This document shows, piece by piece, positions 10,666-21,668 of a stretch of DNA of 64,000 nucleotides (position 1 is the stretch's first letter; each line of letters opens with the position of its first letter). The notes under the pieces were generated by a model, which was given only the letters and a program-made list of their open reading frames with translations, ran no database searches and had not been told where the DNA came from. This DNA is from an uncultured delta proteobacterium (GTDB lineage: Bacteria; Desulfobacterota; Binatia; UBA9968), in the NCBI GenBank assembly GCA_963745835.1, contig CAVUZH010000003.1, forward strand, positions 448,001 to 512,000, given 5' to 3'. A program made the translations under genes and the position numbers.

Positions 10666-12375
10666 ATGTCTACGGAACCGCAAGACTCCACTGATTTTTT
10701 CCGCCGCTTAGTAGAGAGTGTGTCCGATTACGCGATCTTCGCGCTGGATGCGAAAGGTTTTGTTTCAAGCTGGAATCCCGGCGCGCAGCGCATCAAGGGA
10801 TACACCGCAGATGAGATCATAGGCCGGCATTTTTCTTCCTTCTACCCACCGGAGGACGCTGCTTGGGGAAAACCGGCGTGGGAGCTGGAAGTCGCCGCTC
10901 GGGAAGGACGCATCGAAGACGAGGGGTGGCGGGTGCGCAAGGACGGATCACGTTTCTGGGCCAACGTCGTGATCAGCGCCGTGCGAAACGGTCAGGGAGA
11001 GGTAATCGGGTTTGCCAAAGTAACCCGAGATTTGACCGAGCGCCGCAACGCCGAGGAGGCCCTGCGGCGTAGCGAGGAACGCTTCCGGCTGTTGGTCCAG
11101 AACGTCAAGGATTACGCTATCCTGATGCTCGACGCCGAAGGCAATGTTGCAAGCTGGAACGTAGGCGCGCAGGACATCAAGGGATATAGCGCCGATGAGA
11201 TTCTCGGCCGTTCCTTTACCTTGTTCTACCCGCCTGAGGCCGTCGCGGAGGGTTTTCCGCAGCACGAATTGAACGTGGCCGCGCGCGAAGGGCGTTTCGA
11301 GGACGAAGGCTGGCGCGTGCGCAAAGACGGGTCGCGCTTCTGGGCCAATGTTGTGATTACCGCTTTGCGCAACAGCGATGGACGGCTCGTTGGATTTGCC
11401 AAAGTCACCCGTGATCTCACCACCCGTCGCGAAGCCGAGGCGCAGGCACGCCGGCTCGCTGCCGAACAGGCGGCCCATGCTGAAGCCGAGCGCCGCAGCG
11501 CTGAGCTCGCCCAACTCAATCAGCGGCTTCAGGAACAAGCGATCAAGCTCGAAACCCAGGCCGAGGAGTTGCGCAATTTCGCCGAGGCCCTCCATCACCG
11601 GAACGAGGAACTCCAGACGGCGCTTGCCGATACCAAGGCAGCGCGTGAGGCGGCGGAGCGCGCCGCCGCCGCGGCCGTGGATGCGTACCGAGAGCTCGAT
11701 CAGTTCGCGTACGCCGCATCCCACGATCTAAAAGCTCCGTTGCGCGGCATCGCCAACCTGGCGCAGTGGATTCAAGATGATACCGGCGAGCGGCTTGGCG
11801 CCGAGTCCACCGAGCACATCCGCTTGCTGCAAGGGCGGGTGCAGCGCATGGAGGCGCTGATCGATGGCATTCTTGCCTACTCGCGCGCGGGCCGCATGTT
11901 GAATTCGCCCGAACGGATTGACACCGGCGCGCTGGTGCGCGAAGTGATCGAGCTGCTGGCGCCGCCCGCTGACGTTGCTATCGAGGTGCCGTCGCAGATG
12001 CCGGCGGTGAACGCGGAACGCGTGCCGTTGCAGCAGGTGTTCTTGAACCTCATCGGCAACGCGGTGAAACACAGCAGGATCGAGCGCTCTGACGTAATTG
12101 TCCGCATCGATTGGCGGGATCTGGGGGATGCGTTCGAGTTCTCGGTGGGCGACAATGGCCCCGGAATCGATCCGGAGTATCACGAGCGGATCTGGGGCAT
12201 CTTCCAGACGCTGGCGCCACGCGACAAGGTTGAAGGCGCCGGCATCGGCCTTTCGGTGGTCCGAAAAATCGTCGAGACGCGCGGTGGCTCTACATCCGTG
12301 GAGTCCTCTCCGAATCAGGGCGCGACATTTCGCTTTATCTGGCCCAAGACTGTTCGACAAGAGGCGCTTGCATGA
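10666..12375 (+). CDS. Cytoplasmic PAS-PAS sensor histidine kinase
   Basis: Two near-identical PAS/PAC repeats (DYAI..LD..G.V.SWN.GA..IKGY; RKDGSRFWANVVI); H-box ASHDLKAPL; NLIGNAVK, DNGPGI, GIGL. Confidence 0.93.
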   Translation: MSTEPQDSTDFFRRLVESVSDYAIFALDAKGFVSSWNPGAQRIKGYTADEIIGRHFSSFYPPEDAAWGKPAWELEVAAREGRIEDEGWRVRKDGSRFWANVVISAVRNGQGEVIGFAKVTRDLTERRNAEEALRRSEERFRLLVQNVKDYAILMLDAEGNVASWNVGAQDIKGYSADEILGRSFTLFYPPEAVAEGFPQHELNVAAREGRFEDEGWRVRKDGSRFWANVVITALRNSDGRLVGFAKVTRDLTTRREAEAQARRLAAEQAAHAEAERRSAELAQLNQRLQEQAIKLETQAEELRNFAEALHHRNEELQTALADTKAAREAAERAAAAAVDAYRELDQFAYAASHDLKAPLRGIANLAQWIQDDTGERLGAESTEHIRLLQGRVQRMEALIDGILAYSRAGRMLNSPERIDTGALVREVIELLAPPADVAIEVPSQMPAVNAERVPLQQVFLNLIGNAVKHSRIERSDVIVRIDWRDLGDAFEFSVGDNGPGIDPEYHERIWGIFQTLAPRDKVEGAGIGLSVVRKIVETRGGSTSVESSPNQGATFRFIWPKTVRQEALA

Positions 12376-12788
12376 GCAATTCACCGCTCAACATCCTGCT
12401 GGTTGAGGACGACGAGGTCGATGTGATGAACGTGAAGCGCGCGTTCGACAAGAACCACATCACCAACCCGCTGTTCGTGGCCGGCAATGGTTTTGAAGCT
12501 CTGGAGAAGCTGCGCAGCGGCGAGGTCCCGCAAAGCCGGCGCATCGTTCTTCTCGATCTCAACATGCCGCGAATGAACGGCATCGAGTTTCTCCGGCACT
12601 TGCGAAACGATCCCGCGCTCGCCTCGACGCCTGTGGTCGTTCTCACGACATCTAATAATGATCGCGACAAGATCGACGCCTTCAATCTCAACGTGGCCGG
12701 TTATCTGGTGAAGCCGGTTACGTTCGCGGAATTCTCCGACCTGATGGTGACACTCAACAAATATTGGACGCTCGTTGAAATGCCGTGA
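12372..12788 (+). CDS. Single-domain response regulator (Rcp1-like)
   Basis: ILLVEDD, LLDLNMP, VVLTTS, YLVKP, C-terminal YW; ATGA overlap with the kinase. Confidence 0.92.
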   Translation: MSNSPLNILLVEDDEVDVMNVKRAFDKNHITNPLFVAGNGFEALEKLRSGEVPQSRRIVLLDLNMPRMNGIEFLRHLRNDPALASTPVVVLTTSNNDRDKIDAFNLNVAGYLVKPVTFAEFSDLMVTLNKYWTLVEMP

Positions 12789-14392
12789 GCGACGACACCT
12801 CCAGGAATTTGGGCGCACAGATCCCACCGATCGGCGCTCCCCTGCGCATTCTCCTAGTCGAGGATGACGAACTGGACCGCCGCGCCGTGCGGCGATGTTT
12901 GCAACAGTGCGGAATCCCCGTGACCGCCGAGGATGCGACTTCGGCGGAGGAGACGCTGCAGCGAATTGGTTCAGCGCCTTACGATTGCGTGCTGCTCGAT
13001 TATTACATTCCTGGCGTGTCGGGATTGGCGCTCTTCCAGAAAATCAGAGAAGTGGCGGCCGCTATGCCGGTGGTGATTTTCACCGGGCGTGGCGATGAAG
13101 ATATCGCCGTCGAATTGATGAAAGCAGGGGCTGCGGATTATCTCCCCAAGGCGTCGCTCACCGCCGAGCGGCTGGCATCGAGCCTGCGTCACATCATCGA
13201 ATTCTCAGCGGTCGCTGAGGCTCGCAGACGCGCCGAAGAGGAGCTGCGCGCGCAAGAGGCGCGCTTCCGCACGTTGGTTAACGCCATCCCGCAGCTCGCC
13301 TGGATGACTGACCGGACCGGCGCGCGTTATTGGTTCAACGATCGATGGTACGATTACACCGGCACCAGCTTCGAAGAGGTTCGGGGCTGGGGTTGGCAGA
13401 AGGCGCATCACCCGGACCACTTGCAACGGGTTCTCGAGAGCATGCGGCACAGCTTCGATGCCGGTGCGCCCTGGGAAGACACCTACCCGCTGCGCGGCAA
13501 GGATGGAACGTACCGTTGGTTCCTGACGCGGGCTCTGCCGATCCGCGGCGAAGATGGCAGCATCACCAACTGGCTCGGCACAAACACCGACATCACCGAG
13601 CAGAAAAACGCCGAGGCCGAGCGCGAGCGCGCGCTTGCTTTGGAGCAACAGGTGCGCAGCGAGGCAGAGCGCGCCACCCGAGCGCGAGATGAGGTTATGG
13701 CGATTGTGGCACACGATCTGCGCAATCCCATGAACACCATTCTCACCTCAGCAACAATCATCGGCGATTCGCTTGAACAAGGGGCGAAGAAAAGTGTCGA
13801 TATTTCCAATCCGGCGTTATTGGCGGATCTCAAGACCTGCGTTGAGGCGATCCAGAGTTCGGTGAAGACCATGGACCGGCTGATCTGTGATTTGCTGGAC
13901 GTCTCGCGTATGGAAGCCGGCAGTTTTTCGATACAGAGTTCGCACGTCGACATCGGTGCCTTGCTGGAGGAAAATCTCAAACTATGCGAATCGCAGGCCC
14001 GGGCAAAAAAAATCAAGGTGAGCAGCGAGATCCCCTCCGGCCTGCCGCCGGTCAGCGGAGATCGCAATCGCTTGGATCAGGTGCTCTCCAACCTGTTGGG
14101 CAATGCGTTTAAGTTCACTCCTGAAGGGGGCCGGGTTGTCGTGCGGGCGCGCAAGATCGATGCCTCAGTTGAGATCACGGTGGAAGACTCCGGCCCGGGA
14201 ATCCCGGCTGCTGACTTGCCGCGCATCTTCGATCGTTATTGGCGAGGTGACCGCGCCTCACGAAACGGCGCGGGGCTTGGACTGGCGATCTGCAAAGGGA
14301 TTGTCGATGCCCATGGCGGAAAGATCTGGGTCGAGAGCGCGCCGGGCCGTGGGACAACGTTCTGGTTTACGGTGCCTTGCGCTGCCGATTAG
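12785..14392 (+). CDS. Hybrid REC-PAS-histidine kinase
   Basis: N-terminal REC (LLVEDD, LLDY, DYLPK), PAS_3, H-box [31 protein letters not shown]. Confidence 0.92.
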   Translation: MSDDTSRNLGAQIPPIGAPLRILLVEDDELDRRAVRRCLQQCGIPVTAEDATSAEETLQRIGSAPYDCVLLDYYIPGVSGLALFQKIREVAAAMPVVIFTGRGDEDIAVELMKAGAADYLPKASLTAERLASSLRHIIEFSAVAEARRRAEEELRAQEARFRTLVNAIPQLAWMTDRTGARYWFNDRWYDYTGTSFEEVRGWGWQKAHHPDHLQRVLESMRHSFDAGAPWEDTYPLRGKDGTYRWFLTRALPIRGEDGSITNWLGTNTDITEQKNAEAERERALALEQQVRSEAERATRARDEVMAIVAHDLRNPMNTILTSATIIGDSLEQGAKKSVDISNPALLADLKTCVEAIQSSVKTMDRLICDLLDVSRMEAGSFSIQSSHVDIGALLEENLKLCESQARAKKIKVSSEIPSGLPPVSGDRNRLDQVLSNLLGNAFKFTPEGGRVVVRARKIDASVEITVEDSGPGIPAADLPRIFDRYWRGDRASRNGAGLGLAICKGIVDAHGGKIWVESAPGRGTTFWFTVPCAAD

Positions 14393-14555
14393 TTCTCCAG
14401 AATTTGCTACCGGCGTACGGTAATTGAAATTCGCCCTGTGATCGTCTCCTCTGCGATCCTGATCGTCGACAGAACATGCCCGCCCTAGCGTGACGGAATC
14501 AAAATGGCGCCGCGCAACTATTTCTTTCGTCATCCGTTGGTCTATATTCAGTGAC

Positions 14556-16031
14556 ATGAAACACACAATTGATCCCGATGGCCTGCGGCTGCCGATTAAA
14601 CTCGATAGCACTTCCAACGGTGAGTTCACGCCGGTGCCCCTCTCGCCGGCAAATCGGGCCGCCAACCGGCTGGCGCACCAGGCGGCGAGCCAAAACGCCA
14701 AGCGCTTGGGTGTTAGTCGCCGCGACTTTTTGATTTCGGCCTGTGGCGCGGCGAGCACGTTGCTCGCCTTGAACGCCGCTAGCGCGGCTGTGGGAAAGCG
14801 CGGCGGCTTTTTCGAGCTCGAGGCAGAAGCCGCTCTCGAGCCGCAGCTGGCGCAGGCGCGAGTCGGCAGCAAGGGTGAGTTCATCTTCGATGTGCAGGGC
14901 CACTTCGTTGATCCGACCGGGGCGTGGGTGAAGACAGCGCCCGCCGACGCTTTCAAGTGGTCGCCAAAAGCGAGCTGCGGCCTGGCTGCCAAGCCTGGGG
15001 CGCGCAGTCATCTCAACTGCCTCGGTCCCGAGGAGTTCGTCAAAGATGTGTTTCTCGACAGCGATACCGACATGATGGTGCTCTCGTTCGTGCCGTCGCG
15101 CCGTGATTCGGAGCCGCTGACGATTCAGGCCGCCGATGCGGTGCGCCGCACGATTGACCGGATGGAAGGCTCGCACCGGCTGTTGCTCCATGGACGGGTC
15201 AATCCGAATCAACCCGGCGATCTTGAGGCGATGGATGAACTTAAAGAGCGCTGGAAAGTCAGCGCATGGAAGACCTACACCCAGTGGGGTGTGGACGGCA
15301 AAGGATTTTTCCTATCCGATGACATCGGCACCCGCTTCATCGAGAAGGCGCGCGCGCTCGGCGTGAAGGTGATCTGCGTGCACAAGGGTCTGCCGTTCGG
15401 CAAGCAATCCTACGAGCACAGCCAGTGCAGCGACATCGGCGTGGTCGCCAAGCGTTTTCCGGATGTAAGTTTTCTCATTTACCACTCGGGTTTTGTTACC
15501 GGAGTTCCCGAGCGCGCCTTCACCGGCCGCGGCGCCGGCGACGGTATCGACACCCTCATCCGCTCGCTGATCGAAAACGAGGTCAAACCCAACAGCAACG
15601 TTTACGCCGAGCTCGGCAGCACCTGGCGCTTTCTCATGCGCGACCGGGACGGCGCGGCGCATGCGTTGGGCAAGCTGGTCAAGTATTGCGGCGAGAACAA
15701 CGTCTTGTGGGGCACCGATTCGATTTGGTACGGCTCGCCCCAGGATCAGATCGAGGCGTTTCGCACTTTTCAGATTGCGCCGGAACTGCGCGACAAGCAC
15801 GGCTACGCCGAGATCACACCGGCGTTGCGCGCCAAGATTTTCGGGCTGAACGCGAGCCGGATCTATGCAATCAGTGCGGATGAAGTGAAGAAGCACACCC
15901 GCGCCGACACGATCGGCAAGCAACGCCTGGCGTACCGCGAGCATCCCGAGCCGCACTATCTCACCTACGGGCCCAAGACCCGGCGCGAGTTTCTAAACTT
16001 GCTCGGTTGGAACGGCGGCTCACGCGCTTAG
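14556..16031 (+). CDS. Amidohydrolase_2 family metallohydrolase with Tat-like motif
   Basis: FDVQGHF, CVHKG, IYHSG, LWGTDS; internal SRRDFL plus hydrophobic stretch; start ATG 14556. Confidence 0.85.
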   Translation: MKHTIDPDGLRLPIKLDSTSNGEFTPVPLSPANRAANRLAHQAASQNAKRLGVSRRDFLISACGAASTLLALNAASAAVGKRGGFFELEAEAALEPQLAQARVGSKGEFIFDVQGHFVDPTGAWVKTAPADAFKWSPKASCGLAAKPGARSHLNCLGPEEFVKDVFLDSDTDMMVLSFVPSRRDSEPLTIQAADAVRRTIDRMEGSHRLLLHGRVNPNQPGDLEAMDELKERWKVSAWKTYTQWGVDGKGFFLSDDIGTRFIEKARALGVKVICVHKGLPFGKQSYEHSQCSDIGVVAKRFPDVSFLIYHSGFVTGVPERAFTGRGAGDGIDTLIRSLIENEVKPNSNVYAELGSTWRFLMRDRDGAAHALGKLVKYCGENNVLWGTDSIWYGSPQDQIEAFRTFQIAPELRDKHGYAEITPALRAKIFGLNASRIYAISADEVKKHTRADTIGKQRLAYREHPEPHYLTYGPKTRREFLNLLGWNGGSRA

Positions 16032-16370
16032 CAGGCTGCTGAAAGAGACCATATACTTCGTTGCAACCCAAATTACGCAGTTCAAAGTGACACAACGATC
16101 AAGGGACGAACCCTCCGGAGCGAAGGCAATAGGTCTCTGGTTGATAGCGGCCTGCAAGCTCCAGTGTTTTAGCGGACGCTTGAAAATTTGTCGGCTCAGG
16201 GCCAAGCACCATAGACGGCATTGAAATTGTTCGCTTCTGTGCCTTCACTCCTCCAGGCTCGCCCCTCGATCACTAAACAATGATCTATCTCTACTGCGGA
16301 ATCTGGGCTCAATCGCCTCGTCTCTGGATCTTTTTGAACAGCCTGGAAGCGCCGTTTTCAGCAACCGCTC
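16028..16370. mobile_element. MITE family A, copy 1 (short variant, interrupted by MITE C)
   Basis: TAGCAGGCTGCTGAAA...CTTCGTTGCA | insert | CTCAATCG...TTTTTGAACAGCCTG...TTTTCAGCAACCGCT matches the copies at 18763, 21669, 42965 and 53644. Confidence 0.8.
16066..16307. mobile_element. MITE family C (about 240 bp) nested inside MITE A
   Basis: Terminal inverted repeats CCCAAATTACGCAG / CTGCGGAATCTGGG; removing 16066-16307 restores the TTGCA|CTCAATCG junction of the intact family A copy at 21669. Confidence 0.7.
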
Positions 16371-16423
16371 GGCGAAATAGGGCGAAATAGAAGGACACTC
16401 TGTATTTCTATTTTACCGATGCG

Positions 16424-17470
16424 TCAGTTACGGGTGATCTCCTGCAGCAGCTGGAGCCAAACGTCGGCGCGCTTTTCATATTCCTCGGTTGTCAAACCCT
16501 TTTCCGGGTACCAGCGCTCGAATCCCGAAACCTTTGCGGCGCTGCCGTAGAAAAGTTGCTCCGAGTACATCTTCTGTCCATCCGGTCCGAGCAAGAAATC
16601 AATAAATAACAAAGCCGCATGAGGATTGGGCGCATTGGCAATGACCGCGGCGCTGCCCGCGTTCACGGCCACCACTTCCATTGGCACCCAGACGACCGGC
16701 GCGCCTTTAGTGGCGGCGGGCTGCGTGAGATTGGTTTGCACCATCGTGAACGACAGCGGCGCTTCGCCGGAGATGATCAGGTCGGTTAGCCCCGCGGCAG
16801 TGGTTGTATGGGGCCGGATATCCTGTGATCTCAACTTTTTCACAAAGCCCTCGCCCTTGGCCTTGAGCATGGCGCCGATCGCCCGCGCGCCGGTTTCATT
16901 GTTTGCCGTTGACATCTTGCCTTTGAGCGACGGGTTGAGCAGGTCGTCGAATTTCTTCGGCACCAGAGCCGCTGGTATAACGTTGGTGTTGTAGCCGACG
17001 CCGATTAAAGATTCCCGGTCGGTTGCCCAGAAAACTAGATCACCCGACGCTGATTCCTTAGCGACGTCCGGATAGTTCGCCAGGTGTGGCGACAAGAACG
17101 GTTGAAGAGCCTGGGCATCTCGCAAGAGCATGAGCTGAGGCGGGGTCGATTCGATCGCATCCGCCAGGTAACGTTTGGCGCGGCGTTCTTCCAACAGTCG
17201 AGTAGCCAGCGTGTTGCCGGCGGCGCGGTAAACGTCGACGGCGATGCCGGGGTATTTAGCTTGAAATACCTTGGCGATGTGCTTGTTCGGCACCAACGAA
17301 GTATACCAAAGTAATTTGCCCTCTTTCTTGGCGCCTTCGTAAAGAATCCGCTCGCGGTCCGCGCCGTTGTATTTCGCCAATTCGGCGAGCGTGCTCGGTT
17401 TGCTGCCCTGCGCCCATGCGTTTGGCAACAGGGCTAAGACAAAAGCTACGACCATAATAGAAAATCTCAT
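16424..17470 (-). CDS. Extracellular solute-binding protein (Fe3+/thiamine/polyamine SBP clan)
   Basis: Signal peptide; GAKKEGKLLWYTS, YNTN.IP..PKKFDDLL.P.LKGK, APNPHAALLFIDFLL. Confidence 0.88.
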   Translation of the reverse strand: MRFSIMVVAFVLALLPNAWAQGSKPSTLAELAKYNGADRERILYEGAKKEGKLLWYTSLVPNKHIAKVFQAKYPGIAVDVYRAAGNTLATRLLEERRAKRYLADAIESTPPQLMLLRDAQALQPFLSPHLANYPDVAKESASGDLVFWATDRESLIGVGYNTNVIPAALVPKKFDDLLNPSLKGKMSTANNETGARAIGAMLKAKGEGFVKKLRSQDIRPHTTTAAGLTDLIISGEAPLSFTMVQTNLTQPAATKGAPVVWVPMEVVAVNAGSAAVIANAPNPHAALLFIDFLLGPDGQKMYSEQLFYGSAAKVSGFERWYPEKGLTTEEYEKRADVWLQLLQEITRN

Positions 17471-17534
17471 TGCTCTTTTGCTCCTTTATCCACTTTCGTA
17501 ACACGGCCAAGCGATGATCAATAGATCTAACTAA

Positions 17535-17747
17535 CCCTAATCCGACAATAGTTGAGCGCAGTCAGCAATGCAGCGAGGACGGCGAGACTGGAAGCCGTCG
17601 GCAGTCGAGCACTCAGTTGGCTCTAAGGCCCCGACGCACCAAACATCACCTTTAGGAGAATGCGGGGTGGCCTTTAAGGCACTGTCCCATTGCGCACGGC
17701 TGCAGGGCTCGCTGTCCTTGCGCGATTCGAATAATGTCGGATTAGGG
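17535..17747. mobile_element. MITE family B, copy 1 (213 bp)
   Basis: Perfect 13-bp TIR CCCTAATCCGACA / TGTCGGATTAGGG; a same-length diverged copy lies in opposite orientation at 50391-50603. Confidence 0.85.
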
Positions 17748-17768
17748 CCAACTACTAATAATGCCCGA

Positions 17769-18584
17769 TCACTTTTCGTTTAGTTGCATCACGCCCGATG
17801 TCGGTCTGAGTTTTTTCTGAACAAACTGCTCCAGCCCCGGCCGGCCGCCATGGTCGCGTATAGTTCGCTGCGAGATCAAGTTGGAAATTTCGTAGGCAAC
17901 TTCCGGAGCTGCATAGGAACTGTAGTACCACGCCTCTTTGACGGCTTTTAAACCCAGCGGGCTTTTTTCTCTGAGGGATAAAGCGAGCTCGGCAACCTCT
18001 CGGTCCAATTCCGACTTGGGAACGGCCTTCGAGATGAGGCCAATCCGTTCGGCCTCTTGGGCGGTCATCATCTTGCCCGTGAGCGCGTAGTAGAGCCCGT
18101 GCTTGGGCTGAAGATGCTCGGTCATCACCGAGGTCGTATCTCCGGCAGGGAAATGGCCGAAATTGACTTCGGGTAAACCGAACAGCGCGTCTTCGGCGGC
18201 CAGCGCGATATCGCAGCCGGCCACCACGGTGAGCGCTCCACCCAGGCACCAGCCGGTGATGCGCGCGATGACCGGCTGCGGTAGGGTGCGCAACATTTCG
18301 TTGCGCCAGCGGCGAACCTTTTCCCGGACTTGGTCGCGCACCTGCTCCGGTTGGCTCTCCATCTCCAGAGAATATTGCTTGAGGTCCTGCCCGGCGCAGA
18401 AGTTATCACCGGCCCCGGTGAGCACAACCACACGGGTCTCTTTGTCGTAGCGAATCTCCGTCAGCAGGTCGAACATTTCACGATGCAACTGAGGACTCAT
18501 CGCGTTGCGCTTCTCCGGGCGGTTAAACGTAATCGTCGTGATGCCGTTCTCCTTTGATACCAGCAGGGTTTCATATGTCGCCAT
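17769..18584 (-). CDS. Enoyl-CoA hydratase/crotonase family (hydroxycinnamoyl-CoA hydratase-lyase-like)
   Basis: NRPEKRNAMS, FCAGQDLK, GWCLGGA, FGLPEVNFG, YYALTG. Confidence 0.88.
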   Translation of the reverse strand: MATYETLLVSKENGITTITFNRPEKRNAMSPQLHREMFDLLTEIRYDKETRVVVLTGAGDNFCAGQDLKQYSLEMESQPEQVRDQVREKVRRWRNEMLRTLPQPVIARITGWCLGGALTVVAGCDIALAAEDALFGLPEVNFGHFPAGDTTSVMTEHLQPKHGLYYALTGKMMTAQEAERIGLISKAVPKSELDREVAELALSLREKSPLGLKAVKEAWYYSSYAAPEVAYEISNLISQRTIRDHGGRPGLEQFVQKKLRPTSGVMQLNEK

Positions 18585-18762
18585 TTTTTTTCTCCTTTTG
18601 GTCGTAAGTTCGATCGAGTGTATCGAGACGTGATTGCCAGCGCCACTCCTCCTACAGGTTGGCTCAATGATTACGGCGAGATACCAGTAGCTCAGGTTTT
18701 TGCTGCCGCGGTGGCCGAGATGATCGCTGGCAATCCAGCAGCCAGGTCGACGTCCAGGATTG

Positions 18763-18916
18763 CTAACAGCGTGCTGAAAAAAGCCTCTTGCAGGCGGCTC
18801 AAAAAAATCCAGAGGCGAGGCGCCGGAAAATCGACGAGCGCAGGCGTACTTACAGTACGTTTAGCGCGGCGATGAGCGGCAACGAAGCATATGGGTGTTT
18901 TTCAGCAGCCTGTTAG
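18763..18916. mobile_element. MITE family A, copy 2 (full length, about 150 bp)
   Basis: CTAACAGCGTGCTGAAAAA ... TTTTTCAGCAGCCTGTTAG; internal GCAGGCGGCTCAAAAA and GGCGTACTTACAGTACG shared with other copies. Confidence 0.85.
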
Positions 18917-20296
18917 GGATCGATGCGAAAGATCGCGACTTCCCCGGGTGTCAGGCGAATGTCAGATAGAGTATGGCCGTCGAATCCCGAATGCTTTGCA
19001 GAGCTCCCATCCAATTCATATCTCACCGCGGTTCTTCCCCGCGTTTTCAAGGTTGCGCTGACCGTTGGGCTTGCCGATTTGTCATAGATGAACAGGACCT
19101 GGCTGCCATCCGGCCTCTTGAAAAGATGCCGGTACAACTCTTTGGCTTCACCTGCCGACACCGCCACCGTCAACTCGCTTGGGGCGGTGGTAAGAGTGCC
19201 GACGTCTAAAAGATCGGTCAGCAGATCGACGGTGTAGAAGGCGAGCTTTTTGCCGCGGTCGGCTCGGGTGATTCCCAGATAATGATTTTTCTGGTCGCCG
19301 ATGGTCTCTTTGCCGAGCGGCAAATCTTTGATCTCATAGACGCCGATGTGTTCTACGTCAGGATCGGCAAGAAAGGTGCTGACTGCCCGCGCCCACCAGT
19401 TGGCTTGTTCCCGTTCGGTTTTATCCGGCGTAACGGAAAAACCCATCTCGTTTATCCAGATCGGTTCTGCCTCGCCTGAGAGTTTTATTGTCGATCACGA
19501 AAGACTCGCGGTAGTGGCGATCCAAGTAATTTTCGACATTGACGCCGCTCTCGGTCCAAGTTTCGGGATAGGCATGGAACGGAGTTATGTCGTAGTAACG
19601 AGCGTATCCGTCGCCGGCGATTGACTGAAGCCACTCGACATCAGGGAACACAAACCCGCCCAAAATGACTTGCGCTGCGGGGTTGGCGGCCCGGATCGCC
19701 AGCGCACCCTGGCGCAGCGTCTCTTTATATTCTTCGATGGAGCCATCCCACCACTGTGGCGAGTTTTGCTCGTTGTAGATTTCGTACGAAAGGACGTTGG
19801 GAAACTCACGCAATGCGGAGGCAAGATTGTAAACGAAATCGTGCCACGCTTGGTAATCGGCGGGAGGATTGTTCCAGTCGGCGCCATCGGCGCTGCCGGC
19901 GGTGCCCGCCCAACGCGGCGTGTAGCCGATGTAAGGCCGGAGCTTGATGCCATGCTGCGCCGCCAGCTTGACGAATTCTTTTAACCAGACGAAATCGTAC
20001 TGGCCGCGGACCGGCTCATAATCGTCCCAGCCGAAGCTGCATCGTAGCGTGTCGATTTCCAACTCGCGCATGAGTTGAAAATCCTTGGCGATCTCGTTGA
20101 GATCTTCGCCCTTGTCGTAATCTTCCAAAATAGCGAAAGAGACTTTCTTGCTGACGCTTTGCGCCGATCCCTGGTTGAGTTGAAGCGCGGGACTACAGGA
20201 CGAGATCCAGACGAGGAGTAGGAGCAGGGCAGAGTTGGCGAGCCTTCGATGCTTGCGGTCCGAGGTCTTGCGGATGGTGACCGAGCTAAATGTCAT
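18913..20296 (-). CDS. Clan GH-A glycoside hydrolase lipoprotein (GH5/GH39-like), one frameshift near 19470
   Basis: Lipobox-like WISSC; acid/base YEIYNEQN; HAYP; nucleophile IWINEMGF appears when the 19421-20296 and 18913-19446 frames are joined. Confidence 0.8.
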
Positions 20297-20462
20297 AGCT
20301 CCTGTTGGTTCGTCTCCCCTAGATGGCCTGAGCGCCGCAGGGTAGGCTCGACGACGACCGAGTGGCAGTTAGAAATTAGTCGAGATATTTCTCGGGCCGC
20401 GTTTGCAATCCGCACCGCTAAGTTTCCCCGGCCGACTGTTCTCAGCTCCAGGAAAACAAAAC

Positions 20463-21471
20463 TCAGGATGTCTTTAGATTGAACAAGCCCGCCGCGGTTT
20501 TGCCGAGAATCGCAGTCTTCTCCGTTGTCGAACAGGGAGCCTGGCGGATCATGTCCAGAGATTCGATGATATTTGCCGCGCTTTTGCACTCCAACGGGTA
20601 ATCGCTGCCGAACATGATGCGATCGGCGGTGGTGGTGTTGAGCGCGGCAGCCATCGCCGGCAGCCACGCGCCGGTGCCGGCGGTGTCGAAATAAAGCGAC
20701 TGGAAGAGTTTCTCAAAACGTTCGGTGATACCGAATTTTTTCTGCTCGTTTTGGGTTTTCAGATAGCCTCTCATATCGGCTGGAATATCGGCGTCGTCGG
20801 TTTCAAAGAAAGCCATCATGCGTCCTTTGAGCGAGGAGGTGGCGCCGCCCAGGTGAGGCATGATGAAACGCAGCTCAGGATAGCGCGGCAGCACGCTGCA
20901 CATGACCCGCACGATGGCTTGCGTAGTCTCCAGCGGGCGAAACACGCAGCGATCGAGATTGTAGGTCGTTTCCGAGCCGGTGGGCTTGGACTGCGGGTGA
21001 ATGATGATCGGCAGATTATTTTTCTGAATGATCTCGAAGAGCGGGTTCATGATCGGATTGTCGAGCTGAATTTCGAGATGGCAGGCGAGCAGCGCCACCG
21101 CGCGCAATCCCAACTCGTTGATGCCGCGCTCGAGCTCGCGCTTGGCCGCTTCGGGCTCATGAATCGGCAGGTGAATCGCGCCGCGAAAGCGAGCTCGGGT
21201 GTTTCGTCGCGACCTCGGCGATGCCGTCGTTCAGAGCCTTGGCCACATCCGCGCCCATGACTTGCACCTGATCGGTCAGGATGGACACGGTCACGCCGGA
21301 ATCGTCCATGGTTTTAAGATGGGCTTCGAGATCCTTGCGCGAAGGATTGAGGGTCAAACTAATCTCGTTAGTGACAATCCGTTTGCCGCCGGCTTGCGCC
21401 GCCAGGCGGTCAAAGAGCACAGCCGGCATAAAATGGTGGTGCACATCGACGATAAGGTCTGCTGCGGCCAT
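20463..21471 (-). CDS. Amidohydrolase_2 family (ACMSD/decarboxylase-like), frameshift near 21190
   Basis: DVHHHF, IIIHP, PHLGG, LYFDTA, IMFGSDYP; split between ORFs 21157-21471 and 20463-21113. Confidence 0.85.
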
Positions 21472-21668
21472 CTTGATTCACTCCTTTGCGGGTGTTGATT
21501 GAATGGCGCCAGCCTACGCCAGTCGAGATTCACGTTCAAGCGCGGCCTTCAGCATCGCGCAATATTTTGAGCTTCGCAGCATCGCCGAGTCGGTTCTTTC
21601 CCGCTGTCTAAACTCATCGCGACATTTGCGAAGCTCGATGGTCGAACAGCCGCGCAGGAATGAAACCA

